Source: Vicinamibacteria bacterium (lineage in GTDB: Bacteria > Acidobacteriota > Vicinamibacteria > Marinacidobacterales > Marinacidobacteraceae). Taken from it: 64,000 bases of DNA. Below are positions 49,108 through 59,044 of this stretch, piece after piece. The notes beneath the pieces are model-generated. The model searched no databases, was not told where the DNA came from, and was given only the letters and a program-made list of their open reading frames with translations. Positions within the stretch are counted from its first letter, which is position 1. Each line of letters starts with the position of its first letter. The stretch spans positions 992,001 through 1,056,000 of the forward strand of contig OZ219815.1 in the NCBI GenBank assembly GCA_964291235.2, read 5' to 3'. A program made the translations under genes and the position numbers.

Positions 49108-50094
49108 TCACTCCGCCCTCTCCAGCGTCCCGATATAGGGGAAGGACAGGTTGTCGGTGTGGATGCGAACGGGGTGGCGCCGCTGAAGTTCCTCCACGAG
49201 CGCCTGCACCCGGGCGTCCGCCTCCCGCCGCAAGACCGTGAGGCGGACCACATCCACGACATCCTCGAACTCGAGCGCCGCCGCGGGGAGCCGCTCGTCC
49301 ACCCGAAAGACCCGGAATCCCGCTGCCGTCTCTACCGCTTCGGTGAAGTCCCCGGGTTCGAGCCGGAAGACAGCCTGGTCCACGGCGTCCGGTAGTTCAC
49401 CCCGCCGAAACGTGCCGATCGGCGCGAACGGCTCGGCGGCCTCCTCCTGGTCCTCGGATCCGGCCCCCTCTCGCAGGACCCGCGCCGCCGCCTCGGCCGT
49501 CTGCCGGTCGTCGAACCTTCGCTCCGCGAGCGTGACGGTTTCGGGACGGGCATAGAACGGGCGGTTGGCTTCGAACTCAAGCTGCATGGCTTCCTCCGTC
49601 GCCTCGAGTCCGTCGAGCACCACGGTGTTCATCAGCCGGTCCACCAGGAGGCGCTGCCGCACCCGGGAGCGCAATCCGTCGTCTCCTTCCGGGTCTTCGT
49701 CCCCGCCGTCGGGACTCTCCGGGCCGTCGGCCGCGCCGTCGGACCCGGCCGGGCTCTCGGCCCGGACCACATCGATCCCCGGTCCGCGCCGCAAGGCGCC
49801 GATCTCGTTCAGAAGCTGGATCTCGGAGACTTCGACTCCCTCTTCTTCCGCGGCGATCACCAGGAGTTGCTCCCGGACGAACTCCTCGAGCAGGGCGCTC
49901 AGCAGGGGGGCGTCGAGCGTTCCTCCGAGACCCGTTCGAGACTGGATGAACCGGTTGAGATCCGCCTGGGATGCTTCGTACTCCCCGAGAGAGACCACCA
50001 CCCGTTCGTTCTCGTCGGCGAGCCGGTCGCAGCTCGCCCCGGTGAGCGCCAGGAGGCCGGCGATCGCCCCCTCCACGACGCGGAAGCGGCTCAC
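49108..50094 (-). CDS. PpiC/PrsA-like peptidyl-prolyl isomerase, lipoprotein
   Basis: GTGA overlap with the mfd stop, lipobox-like GASC and degenerate parvulin motif GELP...AVF.L.PG...VET..GF. Confidence 0.75.
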   Translation of the reverse strand: MSRFRVVEGAIAGLLALTGASCDRLADENERVVVSLGEYEASQADLNRFIQSRTGLGGTLDAPLLSALLEEFVREQLLVIAAEEEGVEVSEIQLLNEIGALRRGPGIDVVRAESPAGSDGAADGPESPDGGDEDPEGDDGLRSRVRQRLLVDRLMNTVVLDGLEATEEAMQLEFEANRPFYARPETVTLAERRFDDRQTAEAAARVLREGAGSEDQEEAAEPFAPIGTFRRGELPDAVDQAVFRLEPGDFTEAVETAAGFRVFRVDERLPAAALEFEDVVDVVRLTVLRREADARVQALVEELQRRHPVRIHTDNLSFPYIGTLERAE

Positions 50095-53000
50095 GAGGGG
50101 TTGACCCTCCGGTCCTCCGGGGCGTTGCCTTCCCGGCTGAGCGCGACGGCCTCCAGCGCTGAAAGAGCCATCTGGAGGGATCCCAGCACTTCGGCCGGTC
50201 CGGCTCCGGGCGCCAGGGGAGAGCGGAAGGACCGGTCCTTCGACTCCGATTCGAAGCGCAGCGAGTCTCCCTCGCGGCTGACCGCGGTGTAGCCGAGAGC
50301 CTCGGCGCGGATCCGCAGGCGCACGTGCTGGAAGAGGAGCTCCACCTCCGCGGGCAGCGCCCCGAATCGGTCGCGCACTTCGTCGCGCAACCGGTCCAGG
50401 GTGTCGAGGTCCGCGGCGGAAGAGCATCGCTTGTAGAGCCACATGCGGCGCCGGACGTCTTCCAGCCAACGACCGGGAATGCGGAACTGGAAGCGGAGGT
50501 TCATCGTGCAGCGGGATCTGGGACGGTCGCCGCGGGCCTCGGCGACCGCTTCCTCGAGGAGCCGGTAGTAGAGGTCGAACCCTACCGCCTCCAGATGGCC
50601 GTGTTGCGCCGCGCCCAGCAGATTGCCGGCGCCGCGCAGTTCCATGTCGAGCGCGGCGATCCGGAAGCCGGCGCCCAGCTCGCTGAACTCGCGCAGCGCC
50701 GCGAGCCGTGGCTGCGCGGTGCCCGACAGGGGCGCGCCCTGGGGCACGAGCAGGTAGGCGTAGGCGCGCCGGGAGGATCGGCCGACGCGCCCCCGGATCT
50801 GGTAGAGCTGGGCGAGGCCGAACGCGTCGGCCCGGTTGACGAGCAGCGTGTTCACCCGCGGCAGGTCAATGCCGTTTTCGATGATCGTGGTGGTGAGCAG
50901 AATGTCCGCTTCGTGGTCCTGGAAGCGGATCAGGGTGCGCTCGAGGGTCGCTTCGCGCATCTGGCCGTGGGCGATGAGGATGCGAGCCTCGGGAACCAGG
51001 TTGTGAAGGAGTTTTTCCATCGCCGGCAGCGAGCGGACCCGGTTGTGAACGAAGTACACCTGCCCCTCGCGGGCGAGTTCGTGCCGGATGGCTTCCGCGA
51101 TGCGCTCCGCCTCGAACGGCAGCACGTGGGTCTGGATGGCCATCCGGTCCCGCGGGGCCGTTTCGATCACCGACATGTCGCGAATGCCGGAGAGCGACAT
51201 GTTGAGGGTCCGCGGGATCGGGGTGGCGGTCATCGCGAGGTGATCCACCTGTGGAGCCATCGCCTTCAGGCGCTCCTTGGCGGAAACGCCGAAGCGCTGT
51301 TCTTCGTCCACGATCAGCAGCCCGAGATCGCGGAAACCAACGTCCTTCGACAGGAGGCGATGGGTTCCGATGACGATGTCCACGGTTCCGTTCCGGATTC
51401 CGGCCACCACTTCCTTCTGCCGCTTGGGCGTGCGGAAGCGCGACAGCAGCGCCACCCGAATCGGGAACGGAGCGAATCGCTGTTCGAAGACGCGCGCGTG
51501 CTGGGCGGCCAGGACGGTCGTCGGCACCAGAACGGCGACCTGTTTCCCGTCCATCGCCGCCTTGAAGGCCGCGCGCAGCGCCACTTCGGTCTTCCCGAAT
51601 CCGACATCGCCCGCCAGCAACCGGTCCATCGGGGCGTCGGCCTCCATGTCCTCGAACACGTCGCGGATCGCCCTGGCCTGGTCGTCGGTCTCGGTCCATT
51701 CGAAGGTGTCCTCGAACTCCTCCATGCCGGGGATGTCGCGGGAAAACGCGTATCCGGCCACCCGCCGGCGTTCTGCATAGAGGCGGATGAGTTCTCCGGC
51801 GATGTCCCGCATCGCCTTCGCGACGCGCTTCCGCCGCCGGATCCAGCTCGTGCCGCCCAGCCGGTCGAGTGGCGGCGCTCCCGCCGCCGAGCCGGCCGTG
51901 TACTTCTCGAGCAGATCCAGCCGATCGACCGGCAGGAAGAGCTTCCCGCCCTTGGCATAGTGAATTTCCACGAGTTCGGGGGCGCTCTCTCCCTCCCCGA
52001 GACGCGTCATCCGTACGAACCGGCCGACGCCGTGATCGGTGTGGACCACCGGATCTCCCGGTTTCAGATCCCGGAAATCCGAAAGGAAACTCCCGGAGCC
52101 CGACCGGCGCCGGGGCGCCCGCGGCGGCGCGGCCACCATCGCGGCTCCGCTGATCACCTGGAGGTGAAGGTCCGGAACCTCGAAACCGGCGCTCAGGCGC
52201 CCGGCGTGGACGAAGACGCGGGGCGCCGCCGGCAGGGCGCCCGGCGTCGCGTCCGGCGCGGGGATCCCCGGGGCTTCGCCGGAATCCTGAATGCGGGCTC
52301 CCGCCTCTCGGGCGCGGGTGGCGAATCGCTCGGCGGCGCCCGTTCCGGGAACGAACACGTGCACCGAGCGGCGCGGATCGCCCGGCTGGCGCAACACCTC
52401 GAGAAACTCTCCGGTGCGGTTCCGGAAGGAATCGGTGGGCCGGGCCGGCAGGTCCCGGTTGTCCGCGGCGTCCGGCGCGGACGTTTCCAGTTCCCGGAGT
52501 TCGACCGCCCCGTGAGGAGGCGGCTCCTCCAGCCGGCGGCGGAGATCCTCCAACCCGATCAGGAGGGCCTCCGGCGGAGCCGCGGCGCGAGCCCGGAATT
52601 CCTTGGCCGCGAGCCGCGCATCCACGACGCGCGCCGTCTCCGCCTCGGCGGCCTCCCAGAACCGGTCCGGCTCGTCGAGCAAGAGTTCGGCGCCCTCGAG
52701 GTAGTCACCGATCCCGCTCTCGAATCCGGGAGAGCCCGGAACCCGGAACGCGGGATGGGGCCCTTGCTCGAGATCGGCCGCGATCCACTCCCACGAAGGG
52801 GGAGCCGCCACCGCTTCCGGCTGCGCCAGATGGTCGCCTCCTCGCTGGGTCTCCACCTCGAACTCCCGGATGCCCTCGATCCCCTCGAAGCCGAACTCGA
52901 CGCGCACGGGAAGGTCGCGGTTCACCGGAAAGAAGTCCACGATGCCGCCGCGGCGGGCGAAGTCCCCGGGACCGCTCACCGGATCCTCGTAGCGGTAGCC

Positions 53001-53510
53001 GGACGCGGTGAGTTGCGCGGCGATTCCCGCCGGCGAGGCGTCCATGCCCTGCCGAACCCGGATTTCCGCCTGGCGGAGACGGTCGGGTGCGGCAGTCCGG
53101 CAGAGCGCCCCGGCGGCCGAAGCGATGACGAGCGGCGGAACCTCGGGCGCCGCGCCGGCAAGCGCCGACAGGGCGGTGGCGCGCAGGGCCACCACCTCGG
53201 CGTGGGGAGCAACTTCCGCGTATGGATTCACCGCGGGACCGGGGAGGCGCAGAACCGGACGCGTTGCGCCGAGGGCCGCCAGGAGTACTTCGAGGTCGGC
53301 GGCGCTCGTGAGGAGGTCCTGGTTGTTCGCGGTCAGGAAGACCAGGGGTTTGGGGGATTCGCGCGCCCAGGCCGCCACCACCGCCAATCGGGCCGGGCCG
53401 AAAAGCCGCCCGATCCGGCGGACCCCGGCCGCCCGGCGCGTCCGGATGGCCGCGAGGAGGGTTTCGAAGCCCGGGGGTTCCTCCGTCACCCCCGAAAGGT
53501 CAGCGCTCAC
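50091..53510 (-). CDS. mfd: Transcription-repair coupling factor
   Basis: RID (VVHTDHGVG), GDVGFGKTEVA, IVDEEQRFG, TATPIPRT, QIRGRVGRS, DMELRGAGNLLG and TRCF domain. Confidence 0.96.
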   Translation of the reverse strand: MSADLSGVTEEPPGFETLLAAIRTRRAAGVRRIGRLFGPARLAVVAAWARESPKPLVFLTANNQDLLTSAADLEVLLAALGATRPVLRLPGPAVNPYAEVAPHAEVVALRATALSALAGAAPEVPPLVIASAAGALCRTAAPDRLRQAEIRVRQGMDASPAGIAAQLTASGYRYEDPVSGPGDFARRGGIVDFFPVNRDLPVRVEFGFEGIEGIREFEVETQRGGDHLAQPEAVAAPPSWEWIAADLEQGPHPAFRVPGSPGFESGIGDYLEGAELLLDEPDRFWEAAEAETARVVDARLAAKEFRARAAAPPEALLIGLEDLRRRLEEPPPHGAVELRELETSAPDAADNRDLPARPTDSFRNRTGEFLEVLRQPGDPRRSVHVFVPGTGAAERFATRAREAGARIQDSGEAPGIPAPDATPGALPAAPRVFVHAGRLSAGFEVPDLHLQVISGAAMVAAPPRAPRRRSGSGSFLSDFRDLKPGDPVVHTDHGVGRFVRMTRLGEGESAPELVEIHYAKGGKLFLPVDRLDLLEKYTAGSAAGAPPLDRLGGTSWIRRRKRVAKAMRDIAGELIRLYAERRRVAGYAFSRDIPGMEEFEDTFEWTETDDQARAIRDVFEDMEADAPMDRLLAGDVGFGKTEVALRAAFKAAMDGKQVAVLVPTTVLAAQHARVFEQRFAPFPIRVALLSRFRTPKRQKEVVAGIRNGTVDIVIGTHRLLSKDVGFRDLGLLIVDEEQRFGVSAKERLKAMAPQVDHLAMTATPIPRTLNMSLSGIRDMSVIETAPRDRMAIQTHVLPFEAERIAEAIRHELAREGQVYFVHNRVRSLPAMEKLLHNLVPEARILIAHGQMREATLERTLIRFQDHEADILLTTTIIENGIDLPRVNTLLVNRADAFGLAQLYQIRGRVGRSSRRAYAYLLVPQGAPLSGTAQPRLAALREFSELGAGFRIAALDMELRGAGNLLGAAQHGHLEAVGFDLYYRLLEEAVAEARGDRPRSRCTMNLRFQFRIPGRWLEDVRRRMWLYKRCSSAADLDTLDRLRDEVRDRFGALPAEVELLFQHVRLRIRAEALGYTAVSREGDSLRFESESKDRSFRSPLAPGAGPAEVLGSLQMALSALEAVALSREGNAPEDRRVNPS

Positions 53511-54019
53511 CGGGGTCGTTCTTCCGCGGGGTCGGCGTCGTTTGTCAGTTCGAGGACCAGGCGAACGGCCTCGGCGGGCGAATCGGCGGCGACGGCTCCG
53601 GGCACGTTCCACCCTCCGGGAGGCTGCAGGACGGTGACCACCGGCTTGCCCAGCGTTTTCGCCATGGCGGCTTCGGAGAGGGTGCCGCTGGCCCCCGGCA
53701 GCGCGATGACGCCGTCCGCGGCCCGGACGACCAGAAAGTTGCGGAAGTGGCCGAGTCCGGTCGGAATGGCGCAGGTCACCCAGCGGTTCGCCTCCCGCCG
53801 GTCCTCTCCCGGGAGAATCCCGACCGTCAGGCCCCCCGCCCCCTGAGCGCCCCGGCAGGCGGCTTCCATCACGCCCCCGAGGCCGCCGCAGACCAGGCTC
53901 GCCCCGGCGAGAGCCAGCGCGCTTCCCACCGCTTCCGCCGCGCGAAGAGCCTCGGGAGCGGCCTCGGATCCCCCGATCACCGCGATCTGGCGGGCGAACG
54001 GACTCAGGCGGCGGCTCAC
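53507..54019 (-). CDS. TIGR00725 family (LOG-like) protein
   Basis: IAVIGG, VCGGLGGVMEAACRGA, GLGHFRN and GTLSE. Stop overlaps the mfd start. Confidence 0.88.
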   Translation of the reverse strand: MSRRLSPFARQIAVIGGSEAAPEALRAAEAVGSALALAGASLVCGGLGGVMEAACRGAQGAGGLTVGILPGEDRREANRWVTCAIPTGLGHFRNFLVVRAADGVIALPGASGTLSEAAMAKTLGKPVVTVLQPPGGWNVPGAVAADSPAEAVRLVLELTNDADPAEERPR

Positions 54020-54092
54020 GATCTTTCCTCTGCTCCGGAAGGCGCCCGATCCTAACCGCGATCCCGCGGACCGCGCATCGCCCGACGAACGC

Positions 54093-54158
54093 CCAGGAGC
54101 GCCCGCCCAGGAGCGCCAGCCAGGAGCGCCAGCCAGGAGCGCCAGCCAGGAGCGCCAG
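54093..54158 (+). repeat. Tandem 13-bp repeat CCAGGAGCGCCAG (4 exact + 1 degenerate copy)
   Basis: Exact copies at 54107, 54120, 54133 and 54146. The last copy is the start of the REP-like palindrome. Confidence 0.9.
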
Positions 54159-54395
54159 CCTCCGGCTGGCATCGCCGAGCAAAGCGAGGCGAAACTCCCA
54201 AACCCGTTCGCTCCCCACGGCCCGGACCCAGTCGGTGACGCGAAGACCTCCAATCTGCGAGAGGATGGCGCAGCGCTGCGTGTGCGGCGGTGTGACGATG
54301 CGCCGTCCCCGTTTGGATGGGTGCGGAGCGGCGGATTAAGGGGGGAGTTTCGCGGCCTGCGGCCGCGATGCCGGCCGGAGGCCGGCGCTCCTGGC
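54145..54395. repeat. REPIN-like doublet of inverted REP-type palindromes
   Basis: 54145-54175 GCCAGGAGCGCCAGCCTCCGGCTGGCATCGC and 54365-54395 are inverted copies (29/31 match). Each contains a 7-bp stem with a 3-nt loop. Confidence 0.75.
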
Positions 54396-54454
54396 CTGGC
54401 GCCATTGCGGTTGCGCCGCCCTGACGGCTCATTTGCTGAGCGCGAACAAGAAAT

Positions 54455-54689
54455 GGCGGCGAACCGCAGGTTCGTCGCCGGCGTGACCGGGGGGTTGGCG
54501 TGGAAGGGGGAACTCCCCCTTCCACAAGAAGGCAACCACGAATCGGAACTCGCCGCAGTGCGCGGCAGCGCACCAGGGAGTTGCGATTCCGGGCACGCAG
54601 TGCCCGGCGGTTGGGGACCGGGGCGCACTTCTGTCGGCCCCGATCTACGTTGCCTACAAGCACTTCGGCGCGCCCCGGTCCCCAACCGC
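54455..54689. other. Highly structured non-coding element (cluster of hairpins)
   Basis: Stems at 54455-54479, 54500-54525, 54540-54589 and 54589-54607, plus a perfect 20-bp inverted repeat 54607-54626/54670-54689. Confidence 0.7.
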
Positions 54690-54720
54690 TCCGGGTCCCT
54701 TGCCTGCTAATCTGCCGTCG

Positions 54721-55824
54721 ATGCCCCCTCGCGCCCGTCCTCCCGTGCGGCGCGCCGAACGGCCGAAGCGTCCGCGCCTCGCCATCGAACGGATCTGGCC
54801 GCGACACGCCATCCCCGGGGGGCGGGTGGACATCAGCGGCCGCGGTTTCGCGGTGGATCAGGCTCTGCGCCTCCGGGTGTTCTTCGGCGATGAGGAAGCG
54901 CACCTGTTCCGCGTGTCTTCGACCCGTCTGGGGGTCCGGGTGCCCGAAGGGGCAGGCGATGACGTTCGCGTGTGCCTCAACGATCGGGAAACGGAGCCTC
55001 ATGGCGTCACCATCGGCCGCCTGTTCGCCGAGGACCTCCACATCGTGGCGAATCCGGTGTACGACCCGCGGGGCAATCTGTATTCGACGGTCAGCGGCCG
55101 GCGCGGCGAAAAGGTCCCTCATCCCATCTACCGATTGAGCGACGACGGCGATCCCGAGCCGATGGGCGAGGGCATCGTGAATCCCACCGGCCTGGCGTGG
55201 GGACCCGACGACACGCTGTATGTGTCCTCCCGCGAGGACGGGTGCGTCTATCGGATGGATGACGACGGCGAGTTCCAGGTTCTCGCCGAGGATCTCGGCT
55301 GCGCGACCGGGCTCGGGTTCTCTCCGACGGGCGACCTGGTGATCGGCGACCGCGACGGGACCCTGTACCGGGTTGACAGCGAAAACGACGTGAGCGTGTT
55401 CTCCCATCTGCGGGCCTCGGTCTCCGCCTATCACCTGGCCTTCAATTCGTCCGGTTACCTGTTCGTCTCCGGGCCCACCCTCTCCTCGCGCGACCAGATC
55501 GTCGAGTTTCGCCCGGACGGAGCGCCGTGCCGGGTGCATTCGGGCTTTGGCCGGCCCCAGGGCATCGCGTTCGATGACCGCGACCGCTGTTTCGTGGCCG
55601 AGGGGCTCGCCGGCGACGCCGGTCTCTTCCTTTTTACTCCGACCGGAGCGCGGCGGGTGATCGCTGCGCCGCCGCTCGTGGGGGTGGCCCTCAACGCGGA
55701 CCGCACGCTGGCGGTTGCGACCTCCGACGCCATCTATGAATTCGATCTGGATTCACCTTTTCTGCGCGGGTTCGCAGACGAGGAACCGGAGGACCGGGCA
55801 TGGAGCGAAGGACGAACCCAGTGA
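54721..55824 (+). CDS. IPT/TIG domain plus SMP-30/NHL-type beta-propeller protein
   Basis: N-terminal IERIWP...PGG.V.ISG.GF Ig-like segment, followed by repeated PTGLA/ATGLG/PQGIAFD blades. Confidence 0.75.
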   Translation: MPPRARPPVRRAERPKRPRLAIERIWPRHAIPGGRVDISGRGFAVDQALRLRVFFGDEEAHLFRVSSTRLGVRVPEGAGDDVRVCLNDRETEPHGVTIGRLFAEDLHIVANPVYDPRGNLYSTVSGRRGEKVPHPIYRLSDDGDPEPMGEGIVNPTGLAWGPDDTLYVSSREDGCVYRMDDDGEFQVLAEDLGCATGLGFSPTGDLVIGDRDGTLYRVDSENDVSVFSHLRASVSAYHLAFNSSGYLFVSGPTLSSRDQIVEFRPDGAPCRVHSGFGRPQGIAFDDRDRCFVAEGLAGDAGLFLFTPTGARRVIAAPPLVGVALNADRTLAVATSDAIYEFDLDSPFLRGFADEEPEDRAWSEGRTQ

Positions 55825-57338
55825 TGCGGCGGTCAGCCGGAGCGGGCCTGCTGGCCGCGGGGCTGGCTCTGGCCGCGCCCGCGGCCGCACAGGACCTTCG
55901 CACCACCGTCGAGGGCCACGTGGACGAAAACCAGCAGGCGCTGGTGGCCGAGCTGGTCGAGGCGGTCTCCATCCCGTCGGTTGCCGCCGATACGCAGAAC
56001 ATCCGGAGGAAAGCGGAGTTTCTGGAGGCCGCGCTCGAGCGCCGCGGTTTCGCGGCCGAGCTTCTCGAGACCGACGGCAATCCGCTGGTCTTCGGCGAGC
56101 GCGCGGCCCCCGATGCGGAGCGCACGCTGCTCATCTATTTCCACTACGACGGCCAACCGGTGGACCCGGCCCGTTGGCAACAGGACGATCCGTTCGAACC
56201 GATTCTGCGTGAGGGCAGTCTTGCCGACGGCGCCGGACGCCTCGACCTCGGCGCCAGCGAGGTGTTCCGGCCCGACGACCGCATCTATGCGCGCTCCGTC
56301 GCCGACGACACCGCGCCGATCATCGCCTTCCTCGGCGCTCTGGACGCGCTCGATGCAGCGGCGGTAGCGGTCACCAGCAACCTGAAGGTGATCCTCGACG
56401 GCGAGGAGGAGGCCGGTTCGCCGAACCTGGTCCCCGCGATCGCCCGCTACGGAAGCCGGTTCGCCGCCGATTCGATGCTGATTCTGGACGGCCCGCTCCA
56501 CCAGAGCGGCCGGCCGACGGTCAGCTTCGGCGCCCGGGGGATCCTGACCCTGGAACTCGTCGTGTACGGGCCGCGCGTCCCGCTCCATAGCGGCCACTAC
56601 GGCAACTGGGCTCCGAATCCGGCGGTTCGCCTGGCGCAGCTCATCGCCTCGATGAAGGATGAGGGCGGCCGGGTCACGATCCCCGGGTTCTACGACGGCA
56701 TCGACTTCAGCTCCGAAGAGCGGCGCGCGCTGGCGGCAGTGCCGGACGATCTGCCGGCGCTGATGCAGTCGCTCGGGTTCGCGGAGGCCGATCGGGTGGG
56801 CGATTCGCTGCAGGAAGCGATCCAGTTCCCGTCTCTCAATGTGCGTGGGTTGTCGAGCGCGTGGGTGGGCGGCGATGCCCGCACCATCGTGCCGGCCACC
56901 GCGACGGCCGCTATCGACGTGCGGCTGGTGGCGGAAACACCCGCCGACGCGATGTTCGACAAGGTCCGCGACTTCATCGAGGGACAGGGCTGGTTCCTTC
57001 TGGATCGGGATCCGACCGACGCCGAGCGGCAGGAGCATGGCCGGCTCCTGCGCCTGACCCGCAGCGCCGGCACCAATGCCTTCCGGACCCCGCTCGACCA
57101 TCCGGTGGCGGCGCGGCTCATCGGGAGCCTCACCGAGATCTGGGGAGAGGAGCCGGTCCGGAAGCGGACGAGCGGCGGGACGGTGCCCATCGCCCCGTTT
57201 GTGGAGGCGCTCGGCGTTCCGGCGCTGATGGTTCCCACCGTGAACCACGACAACAACCAGCACAGCCCGAACGAGAACCTGCGCCTGGGGCACTTCTTTC
57301 GCTCCATCGTCAGCTTCGCCGCGATCCTCACGATGTGA
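55824..57338 (+). CDS. M20/M25/M40 family metallo-hydrolase with signal peptide
   Basis: YFHYDGQP, YARSVADD, DGEEEAGS, LHSGHYGN and NNQHSPNENL. Confidence 0.9.
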   Translation: MRRSAGAGLLAAGLALAAPAAAQDLRTTVEGHVDENQQALVAELVEAVSIPSVAADTQNIRRKAEFLEAALERRGFAAELLETDGNPLVFGERAAPDAERTLLIYFHYDGQPVDPARWQQDDPFEPILREGSLADGAGRLDLGASEVFRPDDRIYARSVADDTAPIIAFLGALDALDAAAVAVTSNLKVILDGEEEAGSPNLVPAIARYGSRFAADSMLILDGPLHQSGRPTVSFGARGILTLELVVYGPRVPLHSGHYGNWAPNPAVRLAQLIASMKDEGGRVTIPGFYDGIDFSSEERRALAAVPDDLPALMQSLGFAEADRVGDSLQEAIQFPSLNVRGLSSAWVGGDARTIVPATATAAIDVRLVAETPADAMFDKVRDFIEGQGWFLLDRDPTDAERQEHGRLLRLTRSAGTNAFRTPLDHPVAARLIGSLTEIWGEEPVRKRTSGGTVPIAPFVEALGVPALMVPTVNHDNNQHSPNENLRLGHFFRSIVSFAAILTM

Positions 57339-57365
57339 CCGCCCGGCGGTAGTGCGCGTAAGCGG

Positions 57366-58475
57366 ATGACGGCCGGCCGCTCCTCCGGCGGGGAACCGAT
57401 TCCCCGAGGACTCCAGACGCCGGGGCCTACCCCGCTCCATCCCGAAGTAGCGGCGGCGATGGCCCAGCCGCTGATCTCCTACCGCGGGCCGGAGGCGCGG
57501 GCGTTGCTTCGCCGCATTGCCGAAGGGTTTTGCGAGTACCTCGGGACCGAGAGGCCGCCCGTATTGCTCACCGCGTCGGGAACGGGCGCCATGGAGGCGA
57601 CCGTCGCCAATCTGCTCTCCCCTGGCGATCCGGTGCTCGGAATCGGGGGCGGCCAGTTCGCGGAACGCTTCCTGGGCGTGGCGGAGGCCTTCGGGCTCGA
57701 TACCCGCAGCCTCGACACCCCGTGGGGCGAGGCTGCCGCACCGGAACGCCTCCGGGTAGCGCTCCGGGCCCACCCCGAGACGCGGGCGGTGCTGCTCACC
57801 CACTGTGAGACTTCCACGGGAGTGCTGCACCCGCTTCCCGAGCTGATCCGGGTCGTCCGCGAGGAGGGGGAGGCGCTGGTGCTGGTGGACGCCGTGTCCA
57901 GCCTGGGCGCGGTGCCACTCGCGCTCGATTCCTGCGACGCGGCCTTCACCGCCTCCCAAAAAGCGTGGGGGTTACCTCCCGGAATGGCCATGGTCTGGAC
58001 CTCCGGGCGCGCCGAGGCGGCGGAGCGGAAAGCCACGCTGCCCCGCTTCTACTGGAGCTTTTCCCGCTATCGGGAGTCGCTGGTCCGGGGCTCGGCGCCG
58101 TTCACCCCGGCGGTTCCGGTGCTGTTCGCGATGGAGGCCGGCCTCCGCCTGATGCTCCGCGAAGGACGCGAGGCGGTCGTCCGCCGTCACGCCGCCGCGG
58201 CGGCGGCTGCCCGCACCCGTTTGCAGAAGATGGGACTCCTCCTCGTCGCGGGCGACCAGACGGCGTCCAACACGGTCACCGCCGCCTGGCTGCCGGCGGG
58301 CGTCGCCTGGCCCGATCTCGCGCGGGACCTCCGGGAACGCCACGGCGTCGTCCTCGCGGGAGGCCTGGGACGCCTCGCCGGGAAGATCCTCCGCCTCGGC
58401 CACCTCGGCTGGACCACCGAGCGGGATGTCCACCGCGCCGCCGACGCCCTGGAGTCCTGCCTGCGCGGCACCTAG
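57366..58475 (+). CDS. Class V aminotransferase (serine-pyruvate/alanine-glyoxylate type)
   Basis: TPGP, SGTGAME, HCETSTG, VDAVSS, SQKAWGLPPG and RLGHLG. The stop TAG lies within the MITE CTAG flank. Confidence 0.92.
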   Translation: MTAGRSSGGEPIPRGLQTPGPTPLHPEVAAAMAQPLISYRGPEARALLRRIAEGFCEYLGTERPPVLLTASGTGAMEATVANLLSPGDPVLGIGGGQFAERFLGVAEAFGLDTRSLDTPWGEAAAPERLRVALRAHPETRAVLLTHCETSTGVLHPLPELIRVVREEGEALVLVDAVSSLGAVPLALDSCDAAFTASQKAWGLPPGMAMVWTSGRAEAAERKATLPRFYWSFSRYRESLVRGSAPFTPAVPVLFAMEAGLRLMLREGREAVVRRHAAAAAAARTRLQKMGLLLVAGDQTASNTVTAAWLPAGVAWPDLARDLRERHGVVLAGGLGRLAGKILRLGHLGWTTERDVHRAADALESCLRGT

Positions 58476-58658
58476 CAGCCTGTGGCAAAACCCCCGCGGC
58501 GTTCGACCGGCGATGCATCCCGGCTGAGCCACTCCGCTTCGCTTCGTTCTGCGTTGCGTTTCGGTCGAAATACACCCGGTATTCCTCCCTCACGCGCCTT
58601 GTCAGCCGGGCGCCTCACCCGTCTCGGCGCTCGCGCGGGTTTCACCACAGGCTGCTAG
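58472..58658. mobile_element. MITE-like element, copy 3 (no inserts, 179-bp core)
   Basis: CTAG-CAGCCTGTGGCAAAAC...GTTTCACCACAGGCTG-CTAG. Interior aligns with the other two copies. Confidence 0.9.
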
Positions 58659-58671
58659 CGACCTGCGTTCC

Positions 58672-59031
58672 GTGTCAGGCCGGCTTTCCCCCTGTGCTTT
58701 CTTCGCGACCTGCGTCTGCAGCCGGGACGACGCGCGGGCGCGCCATCGCGTCGAGCCGTTTCAGGCATCAGAGGACCCGAACGCCGCGTTCGCCCGGCTG
58801 AAGCAGCTCGTGGCGAGCGCTCCGCGAACCGTGGTCGTTACCGCCGCGGACGACTATCTCCACGCCAGGTGCCGAACCCGGCTGGGGTTCGTGGACGACC
58901 TCGAGTTCCTGTTGTGTCCCGCCGAGCGGGTGATTCACGTCCGCAGCGCCTCGTACATCTCGCTTTTCACGGATTTCGGCGCGAACCGGCGGCGCGTCGA
59001 ACGGCTCCGCCGGCGCTTCGAGGGCCGTTAG
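58672..59031 (+). CDS. DUF1499 family protein (short form)
   Basis: GRLSPC....CVCS, YLHA, GFVDDLEF, IHVRSAS and DFGANRRR. Confidence 0.8.
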   Translation: MSGRLSPCAFFATCVCSRDDARARHRVEPFQASEDPNAAFARLKQLVASAPRTVVVTAADDYLHARCRTRLGFVDDLEFLLCPAERVIHVRSASYISLFTDFGANRRRVERLRRRFEGR

Positions 59032-59044
59032 CTGCTCGGGAGCT

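Noticed and set aside
50325-53846. Very long antisense ORFs (1173 aa here; also 21719-24616, 40667-43144, 55833-57959)
   Set aside because: Shadow ORFs opposite well-supported genes, expected from high-GC codon bias; no recognisable motifs.
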